From Bellilinea caldifistulae (lineage in GTDB: Bacteria; Chloroflexota; Anaerolineae; Anaerolineales; Anaerolineaceae), in the NCBI RefSeq assembly GCF_001306055.1, contig NZ_LGHJ01000019.1, positions 1-32,000 on the forward strand: 32,000 nt of DNA, given 5' to 3'. The translations under genes and the position numbers were made by a program. A model generated the notes under the pieces. That model saw only the letters and a list, made by a program, of their open reading frames with translations, searched no databases and had not been told where the DNA came from. Shown one piece after another: positions 24,540-32,000 of this stretch. The first letter of the stretch is position 1, and every line of letters starts with the position of its first letter.

Positions 24540-26642
24540 ATGTCTTCACGGCGAATTCAAAAGCACCCCATCCTGCCGGCAATCGAAAAACCAACCCTTA
24601 CTTTTTTCTGGCAGGATCAACCCCTGGTGGCACACGTTGGTGAAACCATTGCATCAGCCCTGATTGCGAACAACATCCATGTATTCGGACATCATCCCAG
24701 AGACGAATCGCCTCTGGGAATTTTTTGTGCGAACGGGCAATGTGCCCAGTGCATGGTCATTGCTGATGGTAAACCGGTCAAATCCTGCATGGAATTGGTC
24801 AAAGAAGGGATACATGTTTATCCCGCAAACGGTCTGCCGGCTTTACCAAAGGATGACCTTCTTCCCCCCATGAAGGAGATCAAAACCCTGCAATATCCGG
24901 TCTTAATCATTGGAGGAGGGCCGGCTGGTCTTTCGGCTGCCATTGAATTAGGGAAGCATGGCGTTTCGGTTTTGCTGGTGGACGATAAACATCGGCTTGG
25001 AGGAAAACTGGTTTTGCAAACCCACCGTTTCTTTGGTTCCAGCGAGGCGGTTTTCGCCGGAACTCGGGGAATTGACATTGCTACCCGTCTTGAACAAGAA
25101 GTCAGATCATTTCCCTCCATAGACATCTGGTTGAACAGCACTGCCCTGGCCGTATTCGAAGATCAAAAAGTGGGTATTCTAAAAAATAACCACGAGTATG
25201 TATTGGTTCAGCCGCAAGTTTTGCTGGTTGCCTGCGGCGCCAGGGAGAAATTTCTTGCATTCGATGGAAATGGATTGCCAGGCGTCATTGGCGCCGGGGC
25301 TTTCCAAACCCTGGTAAACCGGGATCTGGTCAAACCATGTGACCGATTATTTATCGTGGGCGGCGGCAACGTCGGCTTAATTGCCGGCTATCACGCTTTG
25401 CAGGCAGGCATTGAGGTCGTTGGACTGGTCGAAGCCTTACCAGAATGTGGGGGTTACAAAGTCCACAAAGATAAACTGGTGCGCATGGGGGTGCCGATCT
25501 ACACTTCCCACACAATAGTAAGCGCCAACGGGAAAGATCGGGTTGAATCGGTGACCATTGCTCAGATTAACGAAAATTTTAAACCCATTCCAGGCACGGA
25601 ACAACATTTTGAGTGCGATTGTGTGCTGATTGCGGTCGGTCTGGATCCAGTAAACGAATTCTATCAAAAAGCGCTCAAATACAACCTGCCCGCCTTTGTT
25701 GCCGGTGATGCTGAGGAAATCGCCGAAGCGTCTGCTGCCATTTTTTCCGGCAAAATAAAAGGGCTGGAAATTGTCCGTCACCTTGGACATCCCGAGGTTG
25801 AAATTCCTCCAGATTGGTACCAAACCGGCGAAATCCTCAAATCCAAACCCGGTAAAATTTACTCGGAGCAGTTACCCGAATTAGATGGTGGGATTTTACC
25901 GGTGATTCATTGTCAGCAGGAAATCCCGTGCAACCCCTGCACAACCTTGTGTCCACTGGAATTGATCGTGATTGAAAGCGAGGATATTCGCGGTGTTCCG
26001 CACTTTATTGGAGGTAACTACAATTGCAAAGGTTGCGGAAAATGCGTGGCAGGTTGTCCTGGTCTTGCTGTTACCTTGGTAAACAGCCGAAAAGACCCCC
26101 AAAACCCGATTGTTTCAATTCCTTACGAATTTCCACGGGAGAGCTTAGAAGGCAAGGAAACTGTGACCGTCATTGATATCGATGGAGCAGATCTAGGTGA
26201 TGTGCCGTTGGTCGGCATCCATGCTATTCCTGACAATGACCGAACCTTAATTGTACGAGTTCAGGCACCTCGTGCAATCGCTACCCGCATCGCCGGCATA
26301 CGCCTCCAGCCGCCTGAATTGACGCGCCCCCTTGATCACGATATTGAAGCAATTAAAAACGAAACCATCGTATGCCGTTGCGAGCATGTAACCGCCGGAG
26401 AAATCCGTGAACTGATCCGGCAAGGCTATCGGGATATCAATGAAATCAAAGCGCTATCACGTGCCGGTATGGGAGCTTGCGGCTCCAAAACCTGCGGCAA
26501 TATCATCCTGCGCCTTTTCCGCGAAGAGGGCATTCCATTGGATCAGGTGACCGAAAATACCCGACGGCCGCTTTTCGTTGAAGTTCCGCTTGGAGCTTTT
26601 GCAGGTATTTCAATGGAGGATGAGGAAGATCACCATGCCTGA
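24540..26642 (+). CDS. Multidomain Fe-S flavoprotein: N-terminal 2Fe-2S domain + FAD/NAD(P) pyridine-nucleotide-disulfide oxidoreductase + Cys-rich ferredoxin-like segment + C-terminal BFD-like 2Fe-2S domain (sarcosine/opine/proline dehydrogenase alpha-like)
   Basis: ORF 24369..26642, with the start taken at ATG 24540 (MSSRRIQKHPIL). The motifs are GIFCANGQCAQCMV..KSC, the dinucleotide fold VLIIGGGPAGLSAA, CKGCGKCVAGCPG, and the BFD-like CRCEHVTAGEIRELI...GACGSKTCG. Its stop overlaps the start of the partner gene by 8 nt. Confidence 0.7.
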   Translation: MSSRRIQKHPILPAIEKPTLTFFWQDQPLVAHVGETIASALIANNIHVFGHHPRDESPLGIFCANGQCAQCMVIADGKPVKSCMELVKEGIHVYPANGLPALPKDDLLPPMKEIKTLQYPVLIIGGGPAGLSAAIELGKHGVSVLLVDDKHRLGGKLVLQTHRFFGSSEAVFAGTRGIDIATRLEQEVRSFPSIDIWLNSTALAVFEDQKVGILKNNHEYVLVQPQVLLVACGAREKFLAFDGNGLPGVIGAGAFQTLVNRDLVKPCDRLFIVGGGNVGLIAGYHALQAGIEVVGLVEALPECGGYKVHKDKLVRMGVPIYTSHTIVSANGKDRVESVTIAQINENFKPIPGTEQHFECDCVLIAVGLDPVNEFYQKALKYNLPAFVAGDAEEIAEASAAIFSGKIKGLEIVRHLGHPEVEIPPDWYQTGEILKSKPGKIYSEQLPELDGGILPVIHCQQEIPCNPCTTLCPLELIVIESEDIRGVPHFIGGNYNCKGCGKCVAGCPGLAVTLVNSRKDPQNPIVSIPYEFPRESLEGKETVTVIDIDGADLGDVPLVGIHAIPDNDRTLIVRVQAPRAIATRIAGIRLQPPELTRPLDHDIEAIKNETIVCRCEHVTAGEIRELIRQGYRDINEIKALSRAGMGACGSKTCGNIILRLFREEGIPLDQVTENTRRPLFVEVPLGAFAGISMEDEEDHHA

Positions 26643-27801
26643 ATCCAATCACAGTCATTATGAGGTCATCATCATCGGGGCCGGATCAATTGGCACGCCG
26701 GCAGCCTTCTTTCTCGCCCTTAATGGGATTAAGACGCTGGTGATTGACCGGGCTGCCAGCCCAGGCCAGGAATCAAATAAACGCGCCATCGGTGGTATAC
26801 GCGCAACCCATTCTGACCCCGCCAAAATCCGCCTTGGCTTACGCAGCATAGAGATCTTTTCAACCTGGAAAGATACCTACGGGGATGATATTGAATGGTA
26901 TCCCGGCGGTTATGTATTTGTGGCTTATCGGGAACGCGAGGAAAAAATCCTCAAAGAATTGTTGGTTAAACAGCATTCTTTTGGCCTGAATATCCACTGG
27001 TTGGATAAAAAACAATTGTTGGAAGTGGTTCCCGATTTGAATCCAAATAATCTGATCGGCGGCACCTACTCCCCAGAAGATGGCAGCGCTTCACCCATGT
27101 TGGCGGTTCACGCTTTTTACCGTCATGCCCGTCGCCTGGGTGCCGAGTTTCATTTCAATGAAACAGTCCAGAAATTTACATTGAAAAACGGGGAAATTCA
27201 AGCTGTTCATACCGACCACGCCACATACACGGCGGATATCGTCATCAACGCAGCAGGCGGGCATGCCAGGCAAATTGGAGAACTTGCCGGACTTGACCTG
27301 CCCGTTTTTCCCGACTCACATGAAGCAGCGATCACCGAACCCGTTACCCGATTTCTCAACCCGATGATTGTGGATATCCGGCCGGCACCAGGCTCCTCCA
27401 ATTTTTATTTTTACCAGCACCTTACCGGGCAAATTGTGTTTTGCATCACCCCTTCACCCAATATCTGGGGAACGGATACTGAGGAAACCAGTCAATTTCT
27501 GCCAATGGTATCACGTCGCATGATCGAAGTGATGCCGCGCCTGAAACATATCCGTGTCCGCCGCACATGGCGGGGTCTTTACCCCATGACCCCCGATGGG
27601 TTTCCAATAATCGGTTATGCCCAAAATCCGCGCAACTTCCTGCTGGCAGTCGGAATGTGCGGACAGGGCTTCATGCTCGGGCCAGGTGTGGGAGAACTGC
27701 TGGCGCGTTTGGTGCTGAACGAAACCGAGCCGGATGACGAGGTCATCCTTCAAATCCTTTCACCACAACGTCAGTTTGCCGGGCAGGAAATGCTGAAATA
27801 A
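26635..27801 (+). CDS. FAD-dependent oxidoreductase, DAO family (sarcosine oxidase beta / D-amino-acid or proline dehydrogenase-like)
   Basis: ORF 26578..27801, with the start taken at ATG 26635 (MPESNHSHYEVIIIGAGSIGTPAAFFLA, a GxGxxG FAD fold). It is translationally coupled to the upstream gene. The C-terminal GMCGQGFMLGPG motif is typical of the DAO family. Confidence 0.8.
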   Translation: MPESNHSHYEVIIIGAGSIGTPAAFFLALNGIKTLVIDRAASPGQESNKRAIGGIRATHSDPAKIRLGLRSIEIFSTWKDTYGDDIEWYPGGYVFVAYREREEKILKELLVKQHSFGLNIHWLDKKQLLEVVPDLNPNNLIGGTYSPEDGSASPMLAVHAFYRHARRLGAEFHFNETVQKFTLKNGEIQAVHTDHATYTADIVINAAGGHARQIGELAGLDLPVFPDSHEAAITEPVTRFLNPMIVDIRPAPGSSNFYFYQHLTGQIVFCITPSPNIWGTDTEETSQFLPMVSRRMIEVMPRLKHIRVRRTWRGLYPMTPDGFPIIGYAQNPRNFLLAVGMCGQGFMLGPGVGELLARLVLNETEPDDEVILQILSPQRQFAGQEMLK

Positions 27802-27829
27802 GCCGTACCTTATGGTATCATTGGCAGCG

Positions 27830-27860
27830 CACTCTGCTGGTATTCAGAGTGTAAATTTTC
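27830..27860 (+). terminator. Probable rho-independent terminator after the oxidoreductase pair
   Basis: The stem CACTCTG (27830-27836) / CAGAGTG (27845-27851) is followed by TAAATTTTCTT. Confidence 0.45.
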
Positions 27861-27885
27861 TTATAGATGTTTCTGGATACTCATT

Positions 27886-28590
27886 ATGATTTCGCCGATT
27901 AGCGCCTTGATCTTTGACTTTGACGGTCTGATAATGGATACCGAAAGCCCCGAATTTGAAACATGGCAGGAAATGTTTCGAGAATTTGGGGCAGAACTCA
28001 AATTTGAAGAATGGGTTGCCTGTCTGGGGACCTCTGCAGCGGCATTTGATGCCGCCGGAATTCTTTATCAACGTACCGGTATTACCACTGATAATCATAC
28101 CCTCTGGACAGAGCAAAAGCGACGCTCCATTCAAAAAGCAAATCAATTGCAGCCATTACCGGGAGTAGTCCATTTGCTGGAAGAAGCCAAAAGTGCTGGT
28201 ATGGTTCTAGCCGTTGCCTCCAGTTCACCACGCGCTTGGGTCCAGGGTCATCTCGAACGGCTGGATTTATGTTCATACTTTCGATTTATACTAACAAAAG
28301 AGGATGTCCAGACGGTCAAACCTGCTCCTGACCTCTACTTGAAAGCCATCCAGATGCTTCAGGTAGAGCCTGCCCAGGCAATCGCCCTGGAAGATTCACC
28401 CAACGGAATAAAAGCTGCCCGGCAGGCAGGTCTTTTTTGCATTGCAATTCCCAACCCTATCAGTATAAGGTTAGATTTATCAGAGGCAAACCTGATTTTA
28501 AAAAGCCTCACCGAATTAAATCTCCAACAACTGGCGGAAATCGTCACCCACCACAACAACGGTCATTCCCCAGTGAAGATCAAGGTTTAA
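27886..28590 (+). CDS. HAD-superfamily hydrolase, subfamily IA (beta-phosphoglucomutase/phosphatase-like)
   Basis: Motif I is LIFDFDGLIMDTE. VASSS, the KPAPD motif and EDSPNGIKAA are also present. Confidence 0.82.
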   Translation: MISPISALIFDFDGLIMDTESPEFETWQEMFREFGAELKFEEWVACLGTSAAAFDAAGILYQRTGITTDNHTLWTEQKRRSIQKANQLQPLPGVVHLLEEAKSAGMVLAVASSSPRAWVQGHLERLDLCSYFRFILTKEDVQTVKPAPDLYLKAIQMLQVEPAQAIALEDSPNGIKAARQAGLFCIAIPNPISIRLDLSEANLILKSLTELNLQQLAEIVTHHNNGHSPVKIKV

Positions 28591-28609
28591 ACTTTTCTTA
28601 TTTCACACC

Positions 28610-28637
28610 TTGAAAGTCGGGCGGGAAAAGGTATACT
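28610..28637 (+). promoter_or_regulatory. Candidate sigma70-like promoter for relA/spoT (TTGAAA-16-TATACT)
   Basis: The -35 hexamer is at 28610-28615 and the -10 at 28632-28637, about 36 nt upstream of ATG 28673. Motif call only. Confidence 0.4.
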
Positions 28638-28672
28638 TACAACCATAAATAACCAGTGAAAACGGGCGCAGC

Positions 28673-30880
28673 ATGAAAATTGACAGCCTGATGGAAATTC
28701 TGCCGCAAAATTACTCGGTGGTTGACCGGGAGATGGTGATGCGTGCTTATCGCTTTGCCGAAGCCGCTCACCAGGGGCAAAAACGCGCCTCCGGTGAACC
28801 CTATGTGAGTCACTGTCTGGCAGTTGCCGCCATTCTGGCTGAAATGCAGGTACCCCCGGCAGTCGTCATCGCTGGTTTACTTCATGATACGGTTGAAGAC
28901 ACCATAGTAACCCTCGATGATATCCGTAAAGAATTTGGCGACGAAGTTGCCAGATTGGTTGACGGGGTGACCAAATTAACCAATCTCCCACGAGTCTCCC
29001 GCGGTGATCAGCATGGCGGTAGTGCAATCGCCGATGAAGACCTGCTCCCCGAACCGGTTGAAACGACTACACGCAGCCGGCGCAAGGACATGACCAATGA
29101 AACCCTGCGTAAAGTCTTTCTGGCAATGGGAGACGACATCCGGGTGGTCTTGATTAAACTGGCTGACCGCCTGCATAATATGCGCACGCTGGGTTACATG
29201 CCGGAAGAAAAGCGCAAACGCATTGCCCAGCAAACGCTGGATATCTTCGCGCCCCTCGCTAACCGCCTCGGTATCTGGCAGATCAAGTGGGAACTGGAAG
29301 ACCTGGCGTTTCGCTATGTCAACCCGGAAAAATACCGCGAAATTGCCGAAAATCTGGCAGAACGGCGTCAGGATCGCGAGCGTCAGATTCAGCAAATTAT
29401 CCAACGAATGCAAACCATCCTCCGGGAAAACGGGATTAAGGCTGAAATCAGCGGCCGCCCAAAACACATTTATTCCATCTACAAAAAGATGGTTGAAAAG
29501 GGAAAAACCTTTGAAATGGTACGCGACCTGCGTGCAGTGCGTTGCATTGTTAAAGATATCCCTTCCTGCTACGCAGCGCTGGGGGTCATTCATACCCATT
29601 GGCGTCCCATCCCGCAGGAATTTGACGACTATATCGCAGCACCCAAGGACAATTTTTATCAATCGCTCCATACTGCCGTTATTTACGATGACGGTAAACC
29701 GCTGGAAGTGCAAATCCGCACGATGGAAATGCACCAGAACGCCGAATACGGTATCGCTGCACACTGGCGTTACAAAGAACGCGGGCCAAAAGATGAACTT
29801 TACGAACAACGCATCAACTGGTTGCGAAAGTTAATGGAATGGCGTCAGGAAATTGAAGATGCCCAGGAATTTGTGGAAGGCATGAAAAGTGACGTCTTCC
29901 AGGATCGCGTGTATGTCTTTACTCCCCGCGGAGATATCATTGATTTACCGGCCGGCTCGACCCCCATTGATTTTGCCTACCATGTCCATACCGAAATTGG
30001 CAACCGTTGTCGGGGGGCTAAAGTAAACGGCAAATTGGTTACCTTAGATTACACCCTCAAAACCGGTGATCAAGTCGAAATCCTGACCGCCAAACAGGGC
30101 GGTCCCAGTCGCGACTGGCTCAACCCCTCATTAGGATTGGTGAAAACCCAGCGTGCCAGATCGAAAATCCGGGCGTGGTTCAAAAAGCAAGACCGCGAAC
30201 AAAACCTGACCCAGGGTAAAGCCATGTTCGAGAAAGAATTGCGCCGCCTTGGGATTACCGATGTGGATGTTGAAAAGCTGGCACAGGATTTTGACTTTAA
30301 GAACGCGGATGATTTGTATGTTGCCATCGGATGCGGGGACATTGGCCTGGGCAGGGTGATTAACCGTATCAGCGATGATAATGCCAAGAAAGATCCCTTC
30401 ATTTTTACCTTGCACCAACCTAAGGAAAGTAAACCTCCCGGAAATGGTGTTACCGTCCTTGGGTTGAAAGGCTTATTGACCACCTTTGCTCGTTGTTGTA
30501 ATCCGGCCCCCGGTGATGAAATTGTCGGCTACATTACTCGCGGACGCGGCGCGACGATTCATCGTCAGGACTGCCCGAATGTACTGCGTTTGAAAGAACG
30601 CGAACGGATTGTCAAAGTGACATGGGGTGAACCCCATCAAACTTATCCGGTTCATGTACTGGTAAAAGCTTATGACCGTCAGGGGCTAATGAACGACATT
30701 TCGATGATTATCAGTAACGAAGAGGTGAATTTACTCGATATTGACTTGAAAGTCACCCATAATCTGGCATCGATTCACATGGTGGTTGAAGTCAGTGATA
30801 TCAATCAACTCAGCCGGGTTCTGACCCGGATCGAGAACCTTCCGAACGTTCTGGAAGCCCATCGCACCAATCCGGGTTAA
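28673..30880 (+). CDS. Bifunctional (p)ppGpp synthetase/hydrolase, RelA/SpoT (Rel) family
   Basis: The domains are HD (HQGQKRASGEPYVSH...LHDTVEDT...DRLHNMRTL), synthetase (RPKHIYSIYKKM...YQSLHT), TGS (VFTPRGDIIDLPAGSTPIDFAY) and a C-terminal ACT-like domain. Length is 735 aa. The 277-aa minus ORF 28976..29809 is its antisense shadow. Confidence 0.94.
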   Translation: MKIDSLMEILPQNYSVVDREMVMRAYRFAEAAHQGQKRASGEPYVSHCLAVAAILAEMQVPPAVVIAGLLHDTVEDTIVTLDDIRKEFGDEVARLVDGVTKLTNLPRVSRGDQHGGSAIADEDLLPEPVETTTRSRRKDMTNETLRKVFLAMGDDIRVVLIKLADRLHNMRTLGYMPEEKRKRIAQQTLDIFAPLANRLGIWQIKWELEDLAFRYVNPEKYREIAENLAERRQDRERQIQQIIQRMQTILRENGIKAEISGRPKHIYSIYKKMVEKGKTFEMVRDLRAVRCIVKDIPSCYAALGVIHTHWRPIPQEFDDYIAAPKDNFYQSLHTAVIYDDGKPLEVQIRTMEMHQNAEYGIAAHWRYKERGPKDELYEQRINWLRKLMEWRQEIEDAQEFVEGMKSDVFQDRVYVFTPRGDIIDLPAGSTPIDFAYHVHTEIGNRCRGAKVNGKLVTLDYTLKTGDQVEILTAKQGGPSRDWLNPSLGLVKTQRARSKIRAWFKKQDREQNLTQGKAMFEKELRRLGITDVDVEKLAQDFDFKNADDLYVAIGCGDIGLGRVINRISDDNAKKDPFIFTLHQPKESKPPGNGVTVLGLKGLLTTFARCCNPAPGDEIVGYITRGRGATIHRQDCPNVLRLKERERIVKVTWGEPHQTYPVHVLVKAYDRQGLMNDISMIISNEEVNLLDIDLKVTHNLASIHMVVEVSDINQLSRVLTRIENLPNVLEAHRTNPG

Positions 30881-30896
30881 AGACGAGGACGATCCC

Positions 30897-32000
30897 ATGA
30901 CGGATTTAATATCGGTTAATCAAGCGCTTTCACAAATCCTCTCTGAATTCTCGTCACTGCCACCAGAAGAGATCGAAATATCCGAAGCGCTTTTCCGTAC
31001 ACTGGCTGAAGATATCCACTCGCCCTTCGACCTGCCGTTGTTTTCCAATTCGAGTGTAGATGGCTTTGCAGTCTGTGCCTCAAAAGATATCCGTGCCGGT
31101 TTGAGAGGAAATTTTACCCTGCCTGTGGTAGGCGATATTCCCGCAGGCGTACAAACCAACCTCCGGCTTGGAAAAGGTGAAACCGCTCGCATTATGACCG
31201 GCGCCCCCCTACCGGAAGGAGCAGATGCCGTATTACCTGTCGAAGACACCAGTTATCCGTACCGTGACGGTTCCGCACCGCTTCCCACCGAAGTGACTTT
31301 TTACCGCTTTCCCAAGCCGGGAGAAAATGTCCGTCCACGCGGTCAGGATGTTCAAAAAGGCCAGAAATTACTCATCAAAGGCAGAAAACTCCAGCCCCAA
31401 GATATTGGCATGCTGGCAACACTCGGACTTGACCGAATACCCGTCGTCCGAAAGCCAAGAATTGCCCTCTTTTCCAGCGGTGATGAATTGCTGTCTCCCG
31501 GTATTCCTCCCCAACCCGGTAAAATATTTGATGCCAACAGTTATTCACTGGGGCTGCTGGCCCAGCGTGAAGGCGCCGAAGTCATCCGTCTGGGGGTTGC
31601 CAGGGATCAGTATCAAGCCGTAGTGGATTTGTTCGAGAAGGCCAAAAACGCCAATACCGACCTGATTCTGACCTCTGCTGGTGTGAGTGTGGGTGCTTTC
31701 GATTTTGTTCGTCAGGTATTGGAAGAACACGGGCAGGTCAAACTCTGGCGAGTCAATATGCGCCCCGGAAAACCCCTGACGTACGGTTCATTTGCCGGTA
31801 TACCGGTTATCAGCCTGCCGGGCAATCCCGTTTCTGCATTCGTTGGTTTTCTGGTGTTTGTTCGCCCGGTCATTGCAAAACTTACTGGACTGGAACCCAC
31901 CCCACCCGCCACCCTACCGGTCATCCTTGAGCATCCCGTGCTTTCGGATGGAAGAGAAAGCTACTTGCGTGCCATTGTCCAAAAAACGCAAGATGGTTTT
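30897..32000 (+). CDS. moeA: Molybdopterin molybdenumtransferase MoeA (3' end beyond the window)
   Basis: Not in the ORF track because it runs off the right edge. From ATG 30897 (GAGGA 9 nt upstream) it reads MTDLISVNQALSQILSEF...FDLPLFSNSSVDGFAV...ARIMTGAPLPEGADAVLPVE...ENVRPRGQD...VRKPRIALFSSGDELL...IFDANS...DLILTSAGVSVGAFDFV...WRVNMRPGKPL...LPGNPVSAFV. These are the canonical MoeA motifs, and the frame stays open for 368 codons to base 32000. Confidence 0.9.
   Translation, partial: MTDLISVNQALSQILSEFSSLPPEEIEISEALFRTLAEDIHSPFDLPLFSNSSVDGFAVCASKDIRAGLRGNFTLPVVGDIPAGVQTNLRLGKGETARIMTGAPLPEGADAVLPVEDTSYPYRDGSAPLPTEVTFYRFPKPGENVRPRGQDVQKGQKLLIKGRKLQPQDIGMLATLGLDRIPVVRKPRIALFSSGDELLSPGIPPQPGKIFDANSYSLGLLAQREGAEVIRLGVARDQYQAVVDLFEKAKNANTDLILTSAGVSVGAFDFVRQVLEEHGQVKLWRVNMRPGKPLTYGSFAGIPVISLPGNPVSAFVGFLVFVRPVIAKLTGLEPTPPATLPVILEHPVLSDGRESYLRAIVQKTQDGF

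Noticed and set aside
1-32000. CRISPR arrays, rRNA genes, long tandem repeats
   Set aside because: Scanning by eye found no regularly spaced 25-40 bp direct repeats, no rRNA-like sequence, and no tandem array longer than the 10-mer pairs reported at 13293-13400.

Overview
This is a bacterial chromosomal window of mid GC content with compact operons. Gene content loosely suggests a Chloroflexota-like organism, but no lineage can be assigned from the sequence alone. Most of it is housekeeping: an MFS/GPH transporter, a TDH-like epimerase-fold dehydrogenase, htpG, a 2-hydroxyacid dehydrogenase, a fused ADP-forming acetyl-CoA synthetase, tig-clpP, two HAD phosphatases, rlmN, ftsY, prfB, pfkA, a fused Fe-S flavoprotein paired with a DAO-type oxidoreductase, relA/spoT and moeA. 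Three genes are missing from the ORF track. They are an IS transposase running off the left edge (1..732, minus), moeA running off the right edge (30897..32000, plus), and the short frame-0 leader of prfB with its programmed +1 frameshift (CTT TGA C at 22316-22322). The main finding is a roughly 7.3 kb integrative element (9899..17224) inserted in tRNA-Leu(UAG) and bracketed by a perfect 46-bp direct repeat. It carries a Xer-like tyrosine integrase, an AT-rich back-to-back promoter switch with three TACCGTT operators, an RHH protein, a wHTH protein, a PrimPol-SF3 helicase replicase and an iteron/palindrome field just downstream of the replicase. It also carries a terminase-small-subunit-like HTH protein, a CGNR-type zinc-ribbon protein and four coupled ORFs with no recognisable function. 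It has no capsid, large terminase, tail, lysis or conjugation genes, which fits a phage-satellite-like or integrative-plasmid architecture. The duplicated att block is unusual because it covers the 5' half of the tRNA. As a result, the host tRNA promoter now points into the integrase, and an element-borne promoter with a palindromic operator sits upstream of the rebuilt tRNA. Separately, rlmN carries a clean in-frame TGA.
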